From Octopus vulgaris (lineage: Eukaryota): 64,000 nt of DNA. Positions 31,930 through 46,937 of the stretch are shown here, piece after piece. The translations under genes were made by a program, and so were the position numbers. A model generated the notes under the pieces. That model did no database searches and was not told the origin of the DNA. It saw nothing but the letters and a program-made list of their open reading frames with translations. The stretch spans positions 146,444,001 through 146,508,000 of the forward strand of contig OX597816.1 of NCBI GenBank assembly GCA_951406725.2. Reading direction: 5' to 3'. The stretch's first letter is position 1. Each line of letters starts with the position of its first letter.

Positions 31930-32127
31930 TCACAGCTGCAACTTAGAGACGCACACACTTACACACACATACACACATAAAATCACCAGCCCCTATCTAC
32001 ACGCACACTTAAAAACTCTCACGTACATACACACGCACGAACTTTCGATTTGGATCACCGATACATTATTATCTCCCCTTCTTCCTAGCTATCCTGTTTA
32101 ACTACCTTTGTTCAGCCAGTCGCCATG

Positions 32128-32319
32128 ATTGACCGCTAACTCCAAAAGTTTGTTTTTTTTGTTTATTTTACCTCTGTTTATTTCCTCGTGTTCCTTTCTG
32201 TTGAAGAGTGTAGGCTCGAAAAGTAAAATATTTCCTCACCTTCCCGAGCGTCAAACGAATACCCCTGCTTGTTGTTTATACACCTGATTTCGTCTTTTGC
32301 TTTTCTTTAAATTTCTACG
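32128..32319 (+). mobile_element. HHR-bearing short repeat, family H copy 2
   Basis: ttt|CTGTTGA-A|GAGT-gtag-GCTC|GAAAA|GT|A|aaa at 32195-32228; flanks homologous to copy 1. Confidence 0.7.
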
Positions 32320-32328
32320 ACACACAAC

Positions 32329-32383
<55 letters not shown>

Positions 32384-33368
32384 TGTTTGTGTGTGTGTGT
32401 GTGTTTGTGTTTGTGTGTGGAGAAAGAGACATTTAGAAAGAGACAGAAACAGTGAGAGTGATAAAGAAGTTTTTGAATGCATGTACTACATGTATAAATC
32501 TCCCGTCTAATGTATAATTAAACCGAATTAGTGTTTCTAAACAGTCTGCTTTTAAATCTTGAAACTACTTACTGTTCGGTTTCTTTGCGGTTATATAACA
32601 GTTATATTTCTTCTTTGCAATATGATTTATATACAATCAGTAAATCTATGGCAAAAATATCACCAAACAATTCGATTTACTGAATGTATAATTACGTAAT
32701 CGATTTCGATAGAGTCCATATATAACTAAAGGTACTAGCTATCATATTAATCTATACCGTCTTAATCTGTTCAATAGCAGAGTTAATCCTTAATTCAGAT
32801 TAGCACCCTCATTGGAAGTTATGCTCTCTTCTACATATCTCAGGATATATTCCACCTACTGCTAATGCGGAGACGTGTGTCATTTCCCACTGCATTAAAT
32901 GCTATGGAAACCAAAACCACAATGTAATTTAATTCTATTGCAACGAAAGCCTGCCTCGCAAAACATTTATTGTGGTCTATACATTTTTATCAATCAGCCA
33001 TTCAAGAGCATGTAGAATATAAATTATATTTTTTGGCCATTACTCATACTACTTCCTATTTATAGGGTTATATATTTAGATCACTCACTGATATAACCAT
33101 ATGTTAAGTGCATGTGATTTTTTCATCGATAAACGACGTCTCACAGTTTATTTAAAAATATATATTGAAACTTATGAAAACAAAAACAAATTGTTAGCAA
33201 CTGCTAACAGGATACAGCGGAGTAATAAACCGTTCATGAAAGAAAAGGATACATGTCTGATTGTTCTAAATTAATGTGTGAATGTGTGTGTGTGTGTGTG
33301 AACAATGTACAGCTATCGTAGGAGTACTTGTTGTTGTATGTATGTATGTATATATATATATAGGTATG

Positions 33369-33437
<69 letters not shown>

Positions 33438-33980
33438 GAACAAACACACACACACATATATATGTGTGTGTATATATATATGATCGAATACAATAGGGAT
33501 CTTTATGTGCGATATAGCATATATACGTGCATATAATATATATATATACGCGCACACATATTCATATTACATATCCAAATATGTATGAATACAATCGATA
33601 TATGTGCGTGAATGTTGGGCATCCATCAGAATTGATCAAATAATCATGAATAAGTGTATATCCAACTGAAAACAAAAAAAAAATGAAAAATAGGAAGATG
33701 GATATGTGTTTTTCGGTATGTGCGTGACATCACGCACCACAATTATGAAACATCATTGAGTTTTAAATATATGAATATGTGCGCGAGAAAATTATATACT
33801 TATAAATATGCACAAACATATATACATACATGTATGCAGGCCATAATATATACATATATATGTATATGTGTAAATGTGCATATATGTATTTTCTACATAT
33901 GATGTCTCTATATGTATGTATGAATGTATCTATGCATCAGTCTATATATGTATATACACACATACATATATGTTTGCGTG

Positions 33981-34031
<51 letters not shown>

Positions 34032-34508
34032 GTATGTATATATTGATGTATACATATATACACATACGCTTAAACATAGAGATGAGAAACAAAGCGAGAA
34101 GGCAATAAACACAGCTCGTGCTCACGACTCTCCTACACGTATATGTCTACGGGTATGTCCAGGAATATTTGCATATTTCTGGCGTCCATGTGGAGAATGA
34201 AACATTGTCCATGTGTATATAGTTAGTGAGGGATGTCGAATAAACGTGGAACAGGAACAAGCAAAATACTTGAAAAGTACTAGCAGCTAAAAAATCGAAG
34301 TTCGAAAAATATATACATTAGTAAATAAGTAAAATAACACATCTTATTGGATAACAGCTTATGAAGCGCGAATTATCAAGTCTTGTTTTAAGTCTCACAT
34401 GGGCTATGGTGGTAGGAAGCATGTTTCATTACAAAAATGATATAATATTGAAAATATCAAAAATACCAGTAATTACATGTGCACGCATGTGCCTTTTCGT
34501 GTGCGTAT

Positions 34509-34581
<73 letters not shown>

Positions 34582-34604
34582 ATATATATGTCAGTATGTA
34601 TGTG

Positions 34605-34885
34605 TATATATAGAATCCGTTCAGCCTGTCTGTCTGTTCGCTTATATTTTTCATCCGATCATGCTGAAATTTTAAACATGGATACATGAGAGCGCGGGTC
34701 GTGCCGTAATAGAAACACATTTTCAAAATTTTTAGTTTCAAAGTGAGAATCGCTATTTTTGTAATCTTTTTGTCCTGTTTGTTCCACCATTAAAACCAAC
34801 CAGTTGCTGAGACACCCGGCACATACCATTTCGCTAGCAACAAGGGGAGTACAGGATGACAAGCAACCAAAACCGTCGCTATGCT
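34605..34885 (+). mobile_element. Possible Helitron/Helentron-type 5' region
   Basis: (CTGT)n..ttttcatccgatc..gaaatttt layout resembles non-autonomous Helitron 5' ends; lies near the Rep fragment. Confidence 0.35.
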
Positions 34886-35479
34886 GTTTCTCTTATGACG
34901 TCCAATTCCACTTGAAGTTGTATCTCTTTACTTGTTTTAATCATTTGATTGCGGCCAATGTGTCAAGATTCCTTATCCATCAATTATCCTTATTTTGAAA
35001 AAACAGTTAAGAGTAACCACTACATACAATCACCAAACATCTGCACTACTTTACACTGTCCAAGTTAACCCTTTTCACCTTTACATCTGACATGAAATAC
35101 TACTAATTAAGCAAGAAAGAGAAAAGAAATATCGTAATTAAAACGCGTAATATTTTGGGCTTAATAATTTTAACCTTTACAGTTTCTCATTCAAACTACA
35201 TAATAGGCAGAATTGTCGGATTAAGACAGTAGGGTGTTTTGAGGGAGATTTCTATGCTATTTCTACCAGGTAGAGGTCTCCCTCATTGGCTTATACATGG
35301 ATATATACATAAATTACAAAAGCCAAGGTCCATGCATTCTCATGGTCCCTAAATATTTCCAACTTCCTGCCTAATGCGAGCCAAGAGCAATCTCAAATCT
35401 CTTACACTGTTTCAGTATTACGTCTCTATTGTAATGTATGATACTGCCCTTTATACATACACGCATATACATACATACA

Positions 35480-35515
<36 letters not shown>

Positions 35516-35519
35516 TGCA

Positions 35520-35705
35520 GTCAAAGGTTTTTCTCAACAATATCAGACAATCTAACTCTGCAAATGACATCGTTTGGTGCATCTAAGAAGATAGATAAAC
35601 ACGTCGACATCAAAGTTCAAGGGCAAGTCTATTACCTCATTGGTTCCCTGTTACCCACAAATGAACAACCACAGTTCCTCCAAATGTAATTTATGAGTGA
35701 TGTAG
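35520..35705 (+). mobile_element. Helitron RepHel N-terminal fragment
   Basis: FLNNIRQSNSA / QMTSFGA..IKVQGQVYYLIGSLLP..PQFLQM*F matches the Helitron FLxNIRxYNS-FQMTSFGA..KIQGQVYHxIGSLLP..FLQIYF motif. Confidence 0.85.
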
Positions 35706-35938
35706 GACAACAAAGCCGAAGGAGGTGTCAACATTTCAGATGATGGGTCGTGCTAGACACAGCGCCGAGTGGACAGCTTTTCAGTGCGTTCAAAAATCAC
35801 ATAAACCCCACCCACAGGTTAGGGCCTGATATACGCAAAACGTACACATATCATGTTCCTTAGTCGAATTAGCCAATCATTTACTCCACAAATGTTTTGT
35901 TGTCAATGCTGCACATTGCCATATCACCTGTTTCAAAA

Positions 35939-36486
<548 letters not shown>

Positions 36487-36494
36487 TATGGAAT

Positions 36495-36871
36495 ATGGAA
36501 GCACTCCGTCGATTACGACGACGAGGGTTCCGGTTGATCCGAATCAACGCAACAGCCTGCTCGTGAAATTAACGTGTAAGTGGCTGAGCACTCCACAGAC
36601 ACGTGTACCCTTAACGTAGTTCTCGGGGATATTCAGCGTGACACAGAGAGTGATAAGGCCGGCTCTTTGAAATACAGGTACAACAGAAACAGGAAGTAAG
36701 AGAAAGTTGTGGTGAAAGAGTACAGCAGGGATCACCACCATCCCCTGCTGGAGCCTTGTTGAGCTTTAGGTGTTTTCGCTCAATAAACACTCACAACGCC
36801 CAGTCTGGGAATCGAAACCGCGATCCTATGACCGCGAGTCCGCTGTCCTAACCACTGGGCCATTGCGCCTC
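36495..36871 (-). mobile_element. Full-length tRNA-derived SINE, family C
   Basis: Minus-strand head AGGCGCAATGGCCCAGTGGTTAGG (A box) ... GGTTTCGATTCCC (B box); body matches 17637-17930. Confidence 0.92.
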
Positions 36872-36881
36872 TATTTACCGA

Positions 36882-36933
<52 letters not shown>

Positions 36934-36964
36934 CGTGTGCGTGTGTGTGTGTGTGTGTGCGCGA

Positions 36965-37810
36965 GATTTACTACCCACACTTAATAATCCCTCTCCTCTG
37001 TACCACATGATTTATCTCTACCTCCACCTGAGTGCTTTTCAAACCTATCTCCACACCTCCAAATTCTCACACATATTCCTTTCTTACCTTCTTATCTCTT
37101 GTTTCTATCCCTCTCACTATTCCTTTTATCTATTCATAGATCTCCTCTCCCCACCCCCTTATAATATCTTGATCAACATCTAGCACTCCTTTATTTTTTC
37201 ATTATTTCTTTTCCATTGTCCTTCCCTACCTGTACTGTAGCCGTTAAGAATGCCAATCCCCTAATTTCTTTGACCATTACCATTCTCACCCATGCATACT
37301 TTTTTCTTTATTTTAATATTCTTATCTATTCATTTCTCACTTTATCTACTTCCCCTTACCAGTATAATTCTCAAAATTCATTTATATTTCAAGATCCATT
37401 TGAATGAACAACAAACGGAATTAACAACTGCATACTATACATTTGAAACAACAACATATGAATTCTCATTAGACGTAACACGTCAAGAAGCTTTTTACCC
37501 ATTCCACATAACATATTTCTTGGTTAACGAACAGCAACTTTAACATTCAACATATATTTTTATTTTCATACATTCCTTTTATACTTTATGCATTAAATCT
37601 AATTTCTTGTATATCTCTCCCTCTCCAGTATAACTTCTAAAAACGTAACCTTACTAATTCCGTCTATTGAAGCCCTTTTAACTCGTCTCTGATGATGAGA
37701 TATAATTTATTTCTCTGAAACAGATTTGAGGCCACCATTCTATTTCTAAATGTCCTAAGAATATCAAATTGCCTTGTCCTTGTTATCTAATTTTCTTTAA
37801 CATGTACACG
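36965..37810 (+). mobile_element. Old pyrimidine-rich Penelope-LTR-like remnant with decayed HHR
   Basis: gtct|CTGATGA-T|GAGA...TCTC-T|GAAAC at 37685-37732; the tail resembles the reverse complement of ~54178-54218. Confidence 0.35.
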
Positions 37811-37893
37811 CTCACACACGACCTATCTTAAACTCCTCACTCATGCCATTATTGAACCGGGAGCTTAACAGCGGTCCTTCTGTAATTAGCTTT

Positions 37894-38264
37894 AGCATGA
37901 AGAAATGGAAAGTAGATCTCTACTCATGTGACACACTGTTAGGAAAAGTCAAAAGGAATTTTGGCCCCTTTAATATTTGTTCTGTTTGATCCCCCTTCAG
38001 TTTAGTATTAAGGGAAGCGAAGGCAGGATATCAGTTCAGAAATTGTAAGGGAAAAATTAGCCATTTGCTCTATATGGATGATATGAATCTTTTTAGTAAG
38101 AATGAAAAAGAGATTGATTCCTTAATACAGGCCAAAGACTCTTCAAAGATATAGACATGGAATTTGGCACTGTTAAGTGTGCAATATTAGTCATGAGAAG
38201 AGGACAGTTACTCAACAGCGAAGGCATCCAATTACCAGATGGCCAGACATTGAAATCATTGAAA
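37894..38264 (+). mobile_element. R4/Dong-clade RT fragment
   Basis: APLIFVL..IPFSLVLREAKAGYQF..ISHLLYMDDMNLFSKNEKEIDSLI..DMEFGTVKCAILVMRRG (YMDD RT motif). Confidence 0.88.
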
Positions 38265-38265
38265 G

Positions 38266-38515
38266 TTACGACGACGAGTGTCCCAGCTGATATGATCAAC
38301 GGAACAGCTTGCTCGTGAAATTAACGTGCAAGGTGGCTGAGCACCCCACAGACACATATACCCTTAACGTAGTTCTCGGACAGATTCGGTGTAACCCAGA
38401 GTGTGACAAGGTTGGCCCTTTGATACACAGGTACTACTCATTTTTGCCAGTTGAGTGCACTGGAGCAATGGGAAATAAGTGTCTTGCTGAAGGACACAAT
38501 GCGTCACCGAGAATT
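38266..38515 (-). mobile_element. SINE sharing the family C tail but with a different central domain
   Basis: gctcgtgaaattaacgtg..ggctgagcac..cccttaacgtagttctcgg is shared, then tttttgccagttgagtgcactggagcaa..gtgtcttgctgaaggacacaa replaces the C middle. Confidence 0.8.
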
Positions 38516-39232
38516 GAGTACTATTTGGGCATAATGTCTTTACGTGTTAATTTGAAATTTCACTGCTGAATTTAAATTCAGGATCAATAAAATAAGTATA
38601 ATTTTAACTGAAAGGGTTGATAGATTCGGCTTACACCTTTCACAAAATTGCTGGCCTCGATCCAAAATTTGAAAGCCATATATTTTCCATTTATTGCACT
38701 ATATTACTGTTAAGCTCTCACCTTTGAGCCAACCTGTTAAATATATATCAAGAATATCCATCTTGTTATTGCATAACTATACAGAGCTACATTGTGAAAT
38801 TATTCCTTAGCTAAGTTAAGATGCTGGAGGTCAGTTGAAAGGTGTTTATTTGAAAAAATCGAAGGAGTTTCTAAAATGTCTCCTTGTCCGTACGTTATCG
38901 TCTGGGTTATACTTGAACACTGAGCTCCAAGACTGATTCTTACAAAATAATCACAATATATTTAATATTATGCGGTCCATAACATTGAAGCTAAATCGTT
39001 CAATTTTACCTGGTTACATTACTTTGTGGAGGTGAATGAAAGTTGCTGCTGATAATGACACATGTTTGCATGATACATATAGCAAAAAGATAAAAACTCC
39101 TTCATCCTCTAGGTAACAGGTCGGTATATTAATGAAATTAACCACTAGCATTCTTCCTACAAAGTATTAATATTAGCTTGAATATAAAACATACACACAC
39201 ACATACGCATATACATCTATATTCATACCCCC

Positions 39233-39272
<40 letters not shown>

Positions 39273-40091
39273 AAGAGAGAGAAAGAAAGAGAGAGACATA
39301 TATGGAATAGTGATAAATACACTGAGAAAGACGAAAGAAAAAAGTTCGAAGGAAGACGAGATGCAGAGAAATCGATCAAACAATATATGTATATGTTAGA
39401 AATAACATTACAAAGAAAAGATATAAATTGAAGCACAACAATAAACGAAGTACTGAAACACGTTTCGATATGACGGCGCATACATATCAGTAAAATAAGT
39501 CCAAGTATAAAATATGCGAATCATTCAGGCGAAAACCTGATGAAGATTTGTGATGTTAAGTTAGAAGCGTTTTGATGTTTGTATTTTTATTATTTCTGCT
39601 TGTAATATTTTTCGTGTGGGTAGTGATGTTTGCCTGGTTTTCGCTGTTATTTATTTTTCCTATACTTTTTCTAAGAAGAGTATTCATTCTTATTTCAATA
39701 AATCAATCTTGGATAAAAATACAATGTTGTAAGACAGTATAAAACAGATACAAACATAAATAAACAAGAGAAAGAAAAATTACAAATTACATTGGAAAAA
39801 ACAGAACAGACCTTCTGAAATAATTCTATTCTGTCAACAACAACTACTATAGCAACTAGTGTTACTCTTACTTCTATCAAGTTAACGAAAACAATTGAAC
39901 ACTGTACTAAAGATAAATTATTAGTTTCGTACAAAACATTGGTCTAAATATGATTCCTAAGTCTCGTCACCTAGAAGGCGTCTGTGAAATTTCACTTCTG
40001 GAGTTTAGTGAAATAATAAAGACCAAAAAAACACATTTCATCCTTACGTTACACGTTTCCATAAATATATTATGTTCAAAAAATATTGCTT

Positions 40092-40125
40092 CTACTACAA
40101 CAACAACTACTACTACTACTACTAT

Positions 40126-40175
<50 letters not shown>

Positions 40176-40202
40176 TTGTTCCTACTGGTCATTACCATAA
40201 CC

Positions 40203-40236
<34 letters not shown>

Positions 40237-40243
40237 TCATCAT
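40092..40243. repeat. (TAC)n, (CAC)n, (CAT)n repeats
   Basis: Seen directly. Confidence 0.95.
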
Positions 40244-41765
40244 CGCGGCTAAGCGCAGTGAACTTCATTATTATATCTCATATTCAAGTAAGATTTCAAG
40301 AAGAGAGTTATATATCTATGTGCAGATTGTTGTGTACATGCAGTAAATTACGAAAGCGCGTGTCTTTATAAGGGCACGGATTTATAATATCCGTATTCTT
40401 ACTCGTAACAATATATTAATTAAAGCAGGAGGATGACGCGAAGTGTGGGTGCTACCCAGGAAACTTTGTGCGTGATTCTTTATGCCGCAACAAGGCCATT
40501 AAGAAACGCCCGACTCAGAAAAGGATCAGCTTTTATGTTGCTGAAGTTCTACTTTGGAAGAGAAGCAAGTTAATAGATTGCTTTGCTTCCTCGGAGACTC
40601 CATATAATTTACTACGCCTTTAAAATATTATTTCTGATGCTACATAATAATAGATATCCTTATCTCACAGTGAAGTCAGTAGAATTAATTATCCCTATAT
40701 GGACAACTCTAATCGTACATAAACGCCAAGTAATTGGTTTTGTTTCTTCATAGAAGAAATTAAAATTCATTCTTTATCGTAACAAATGTATGAGCTTAAT
40801 AATCTCTTGAAATTTCATTATTAAATAGGCATCTGCTCGAAAATGTGAGGTTACTTAGTTACGGCAAGTTCTCGTTAATTAAATTCTGTTGGAGTTTGTA
40901 GGTATTTTCAACTAATGTCCATAATTAAAATGCTGAAGGTTATAGGCAGCTGTTAGTAAAATCTCTTGTGTAACGTCTTCGAATGCAGTTCTACTGTGAT
41001 TATTTCGCTCATATCAAGTAATCATTCACAAAGTCACAACCGATCAAATAAATATCAAACATGTAATATCCTTCCCTCTCTTTCTTTCTCATTATATTTC
41101 TTCCTCTCTATCTCTTTCATTCTTTCTCTCTGCTGTTTTAATCACCACACTCATGCCATGCTTTCAGATCTACGCTATCATGAAGGTAGCTAGCGGGAGT
41201 TATTAATTCTCTTTTCTTTACTTTGATAGTGTCTGTAAATGTTTCTGCTGGATACATTCATTCGAAAACGGTGTGTTGGAATCGAACGTGTATCACAAAA
41301 ATATATTGGATATTCAAAGAGAGTATATCCTCTCACTCTTGCCGCATATCTTCGTTTGTTTTAGGCTTTAACCATTCGCCTCAACAAACATTTGCACCAC
41401 AACATACTATTCTATGCAAGTCAATGTTTCTTGATTCTTGAGGTATTACATATCGTTATTTTTATATTCTTAACCGACTATCCTCAAATGAAAACGTTTG
41501 GTCTTGCAGTAGCACCATCAATAAGAATATTAATGTATTTATAATGAGAATCTTTAGAGGACACAAGCGTTTAGGAATACCAACTTATGTTCCCTGTTTA
41601 AATCGGATATGAGTTTAAATCGGATATGAGTTTCATTCCATAATGTACTTCTCATCTACTGAATCTACCTACGTGGATTACACAATTCTTCCATTCATAA
41701 GTAAAATTGTATCTTTGATAGAAATAGCAATAAATATCGTAATATTAATATTATACATCTGGAGA

Positions 41766-41970
41766 GGCGGCGATTTGGTTGTATCGTTAGCACGCTAGGC
41801 AAAATACTTAGCGACATTTCAACCGTCCTTACGTTCTAAGTTCAAATCCGCTAATGTAGACCTTGCCTTTTTCATTTAAGTGTTGATTAAATAAGTACTA
41901 ACTGAGCTGTGGGGACGATGTAATCGATTAGCACCGTCCTCCCTGGCCTTGTGAGAAAATTTGAAACCAA
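41766..41970 (+). mobile_element. SINE family A copy (diverged, full length)
   Basis: ggcggcga..tcgttagcacgc..gttcaaatccgc..gcctttt..aagtac..gatgtaatcga. Confidence 0.8.
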
Positions 41971-42689
41971 TCTTATTGATATGTAAATGATCAGTTAGTA
42001 ATTTAACAAGAAAGTTTGTTAAATTACCTCCTTGAATATTTCTATGATACTATATATGTGTTCTTTCATCATGTAAAATTGAAGACACTTGCTCGTAGGT
42101 ATTGAACTTGCAGGTAAATGGTTGCAATGCATCATTCCCAGTCCCACAGGTATGTTTATGTATACCTTAGTGAACTACCTCTCATTAATTTAAACCCAGA
42201 TAAACTTTTACAGAAATTCTACAAATATCTCATTCGCTTGTTACACACTTGTAACGATGATGAAATGAAAATTGTATTTCGCTAACTGATATGCTCGTCG
42301 TGATTTGTACTGCAAGCATACATACATTCATGCCATACACATAAACACACACACATACGCATAAGTACACAAATATACATAGATATGTGCGTGTGTATGT
42401 GTGATAGTCGTTCGTCTATCCGACGAGGACTATCTCGTAATCCCGGTGTGGCACTGTCTTATGATTTTGAAGAATACTAACTTACTTAATCCTCGCGTAA
42501 ATGTTTTATTTTTGCCCGTGTCTACAGAGAATGCATATGACATTAGAATATTTGGTGGCCTTTCTCTTTTCACATTAGCTTAGAGTGTTTACCAGCATTC
42601 ATTTAACTGTCCTTAGATAACTTGAAACTCTTCTGAACTACTGTATACGTTTCTACTCTATATAACTCCCATTCTTTATTCTCTCTATT

Positions 42690-43200
42690 CGCTGTCATTG
42701 TTTGTGGTCGGTGATGAATGCTTTCAGTGGAGTTTTCAGTGTATCATTTTGACGTTTTCTTTTTGATCTCCTGTTGAACTGCGGATGGTCTGACGTTAGA
42801 AATGCGTAGCTTTTCCAGTGTAGACGTGCCTACATGAGGAGCATATGGATCTGGCAATTCAGCACGAAATAATACTTCCCTGTTAGAAATATCGTCGTGA
42901 TTCTTGATTCCAAGCATTTATTTGCAGTAGATGAGGTAGAGATGCTTTAGTTTCCTTGCATGCTATTAGTAGTCGATCCATACTTCACAATCACATTGAA
43001 CTACAGCACAGTACACTTTTATATTCTCCTTGGAGTGATGCATTTCCTATGCCATATCTTCTTGCTGAGTCTACTGAAAGCAACATTGACACTACAGGTC
43101 CTGACATCCCCTTTGCCATCACTGATGACATTTCGAAAAAGAGTAACTTTGTCCACCCCATTCTTTCGTAATCCTTGGATAAAAAACGCTGGCCTCATTA
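42690..43200 (-). mobile_element. Degenerate RTE-clade LINE fragment
   Basis: Minus strand NVAFSRLSKKIWHRK...MLGIKNHDDISNREVLFRAELP..ARLHW, RTE/BovB-type motifs. Confidence 0.75.
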
Positions 43201-43919
43201 TATCTTTCCTGGTAGTGGATTATGCGACACTTTACTCAAGATTTTACGAATGTCTTGACTGTCAATTTTAGATTGTTTAAGTTGGCACATGAATTGTTAA
43301 CATTGCATCGCATTCCAATCACAGCTGCAGTGATGCGTAAACAATAGCATGTATCTAATTTAGCCATCATATTGCCAGAGGTTCCCTGAGTTACAGACAA
43401 CTGTGACCTACTTTGTACATTAAATAATAGACAACGTTAGGTGACCTTACCATGTAAATAAACATTTACTTAAATATTTTTGCAAAGAAATGCACAAAAT
43501 TCATGGCTGTAATTTTATCGTATATTTTTTCATTATCATTGGTCTAGAAACAATGAAACTGAGCGAGAATAATTTTCGTTAACTCAATCGATTTAAAAAT
43601 TATTTAATTATACAGAAAATTGTCTGTGCATGGAGTAAATGCAGTAACTCTCATCTGCGCTAATTAAATCTAAGCCCAGAATATTTAAGTGGCTGGAGCT
43701 GATCTTTATATTATAACATTGGCAAAGGTACATGCGTTGCATTGTTTTCTTCATAGCCTCATTTCTTTTCAAATGGGTGACTTCACTAAAAATTAATGCG
43801 AATGTATTAATAACTGTGCCGTTTCTCACAGTACCAATAAGAATATTTTACTAAATTTAGAGCGAATGGCAGGACATGCAGATTGATTCAAATATACATT
43901 AAATAAAAGCATTGAATAT

Positions 43920-44112
<193 letters not shown>

Positions 44113-46380
44113 TGATACGGTGACATTGATCAATTGAGAGCAACACATCTGAATTGCGTCAACCATTGCCTGAAGCTGATCAGACAGCTAAAGACGGAAT
44201 GTTATATGTGTAATGTCGTGTAGAAATACAAGGCAGAGGATAAAATAATTCATTTAACAGTTGTTCTTCCTAAATCGATTCAAAATCATAAGTAAGCTAA
44301 TGCGAACATTAACCTAGTATACCAGAAATAAATCAAGTTCCAAATAGATGGTAAAATGTGAAGTTGCAAGCCAATCTTATAAAATCACATATTTCTGTAA
44401 TTTATAATTTGCAATACTGATGCTAAATAGAACGCTCTCTACTTGCAAATTTCACCCTGCTCACTATATTATACTTAGTACATAACTGTTAAGACCCAAT
44501 AAGTCTCAGAGCTCTAATTACATAACCATTAAAATATTTTCAACCTAATTGATATTTATTTGCACAAACCTATTGAGAAATTATATAATACTTTTTATGT
44601 GTTATTGATTCTAGATGTATGCAATATTGATTTTCAAATTATATCATGTTACTTAAATTTCGATGAATATATCTTAAGGCATTCATACATTCAGTATGGA
44701 AAACATAAATACCAGTCAAGAACTAGCATCGACCTCATACGAATATACTTTCCACCACACAATTTGTTCCTCTATGAGAAGCCTATGTTAACATTCTTAT
44801 GGATGTAGATACCTACAGTATCTACATCCATATGAATGGATTCCTTTATATTTTTAACAATTCCTTTATATTTTTGTAGACATTCCGCCAAGAATAATAG
44901 GCAACATAAAATGACAATCCTTCTATCGCAACAGATTGATTTAAGAAAGTGTTTATTTTCATAAGAAATATTTATTATATCAATGTTTGTATAAATTGTT
45001 TTGTATCCAACAAGAGAAATATATTTTGTTGGGAGAGGCATTTTTATATCGTTGCTTTTATTAATTATTTTAATTCGCGTGTTGTCTATTTAAAAATGGC
45101 TACCACCATTCTTAACCATTCTGAAGTATCTATATTCTGAGTCTTAGCGGTTTCTCCCCATTTGGAGCGCGATCCATAGTTTAAGAAGTGATGGTGTAGA
45201 AGCTTTATATTTTTCTCGGGGATTAGTTTCCGTCTTTTCCAATTACATTAGTTCTAGTATGAGACTTATATAAATATATGGAAATAATGTGAAAGAAATC
45301 GAGCGACATTCACGTTGTTCTAGTGTATAATAGTTTAAAAAACAAAACACACACACACATTCAGAAAAAGTAAACCGAAATAGTTTGCCGTCGGTGGCTT
45401 ACCTCTATTATATGCTGGTCGTCGACTGAAGAGCATTTTAATCAGTCGAGACTGATGTTATTCAGATATTACAGGGAAGAAGAAACGTGGTTTATTCTTG
45501 TCACATCTACTTATCTAAAATCTCAACTGAGAATAATGGGATTTATTGTCGGATTTCATATAATCTTTCATACAATGTTTTCTGCATTGCGCAATAATTT
45601 GACATTAATATTTGGGAAGAAAATAACAGAACATGTCAAAAAATAACGTGTATTAATCAGCGAAAATAATATTCATTCATGCTGAATGGTTCAGACCTCG
45701 GATTAACGGAGATATGAGTTAAACATTTCCACATATACACACAACGAGATGTCCTAAAACAGGAATAAATAATAAAAATGCACACATGTTTTAGGTGGAA
45801 AGGAAAGGCTAAAAATGCTTCCATATGTCAAGCTAGTTTTCGATAATATAATATCAAGTGTTCCTTGGTGCGCAAAAGCAGTAACTGATTAAAGTTGATA
45901 TTTAAAGATGAGGAAATGTTGGCAAAAGGATGCACATTAATTGAGAAGAATACCTGACAATGAAGTTAAAATACGTCCTTGATAAGGATTGTTAGCCAAC
46001 GGAGCGTATAATTAATTTGATAAATTAGAATCGCTCAATTTTGTAATTAGTTTCGTTTAGTTGGAAAGGTTTAAGGGAAATGCATTTGACATCGAAGCCG
46101 ACATGATGTTATGATTGTAGTACGGCGAAATCATGAAAATGGTTATATTCATATCGTTATGTATTTATATTTTCACATGTTCGTCTTGCGTAGAAGGAAA
46201 AGACACAATCAGATTTTTTATGACTATAATGCATTTGGTTATAAAAATAATATTATAACGAAGTTTAATTATCTTTTAATGGAAATTTGAACATATGCAT
46301 GTATACACATACATCTACATACATGTATACATTACGGCACGCGCACATAGAAATACACATGCACACACCTGTGTGTGTAC

Positions 46381-46420
<40 letters not shown>

Positions 46421-46444
46421 ATATATACACACACACACACACAT

Positions 46445-46481
<37 letters not shown>

Positions 46482-46715
46482 AATATATAAATCACACAAA
46501 CAGATGCGTATTCTACAACCACCGTTGTCTTCAGTCAAAATACAGTTAAAGTTACGGAGGTACAGGTCAAGCAAGGGAACGCAAGTGACAAGAGAAATAA
46601 AATGCCAGAATAAAAAAGAAGTTATAAGTTGTGAAGCTATGTAGTCGTAAATTCGAAGGAGAATGTGAAACTATCTATCTATCTACCTATCTACATACAT
46701 ACATACATACATATA

Positions 46716-46751
<36 letters not shown>

Positions 46752-46847
46752 TACATACATATATACATACATACATATATATATATACATACATATATAT
46801 ATATACATACATATATATATACATACATATATAGATACGTATATACA

Positions 46848-46892
<45 letters not shown>

Positions 46893-46937
46893 ATACATAC
46901 ATATATATATACATACATATATACATACATATATATA

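Noticed and set aside
39446-39572. Two divergent partial hammerhead-like strings (GAAACGTGT on -, CTGATGAAG..GAAGCGT on +)
   Set aside because: Each lacks half the core or proper stems; could be chance in AT-rich DNA.
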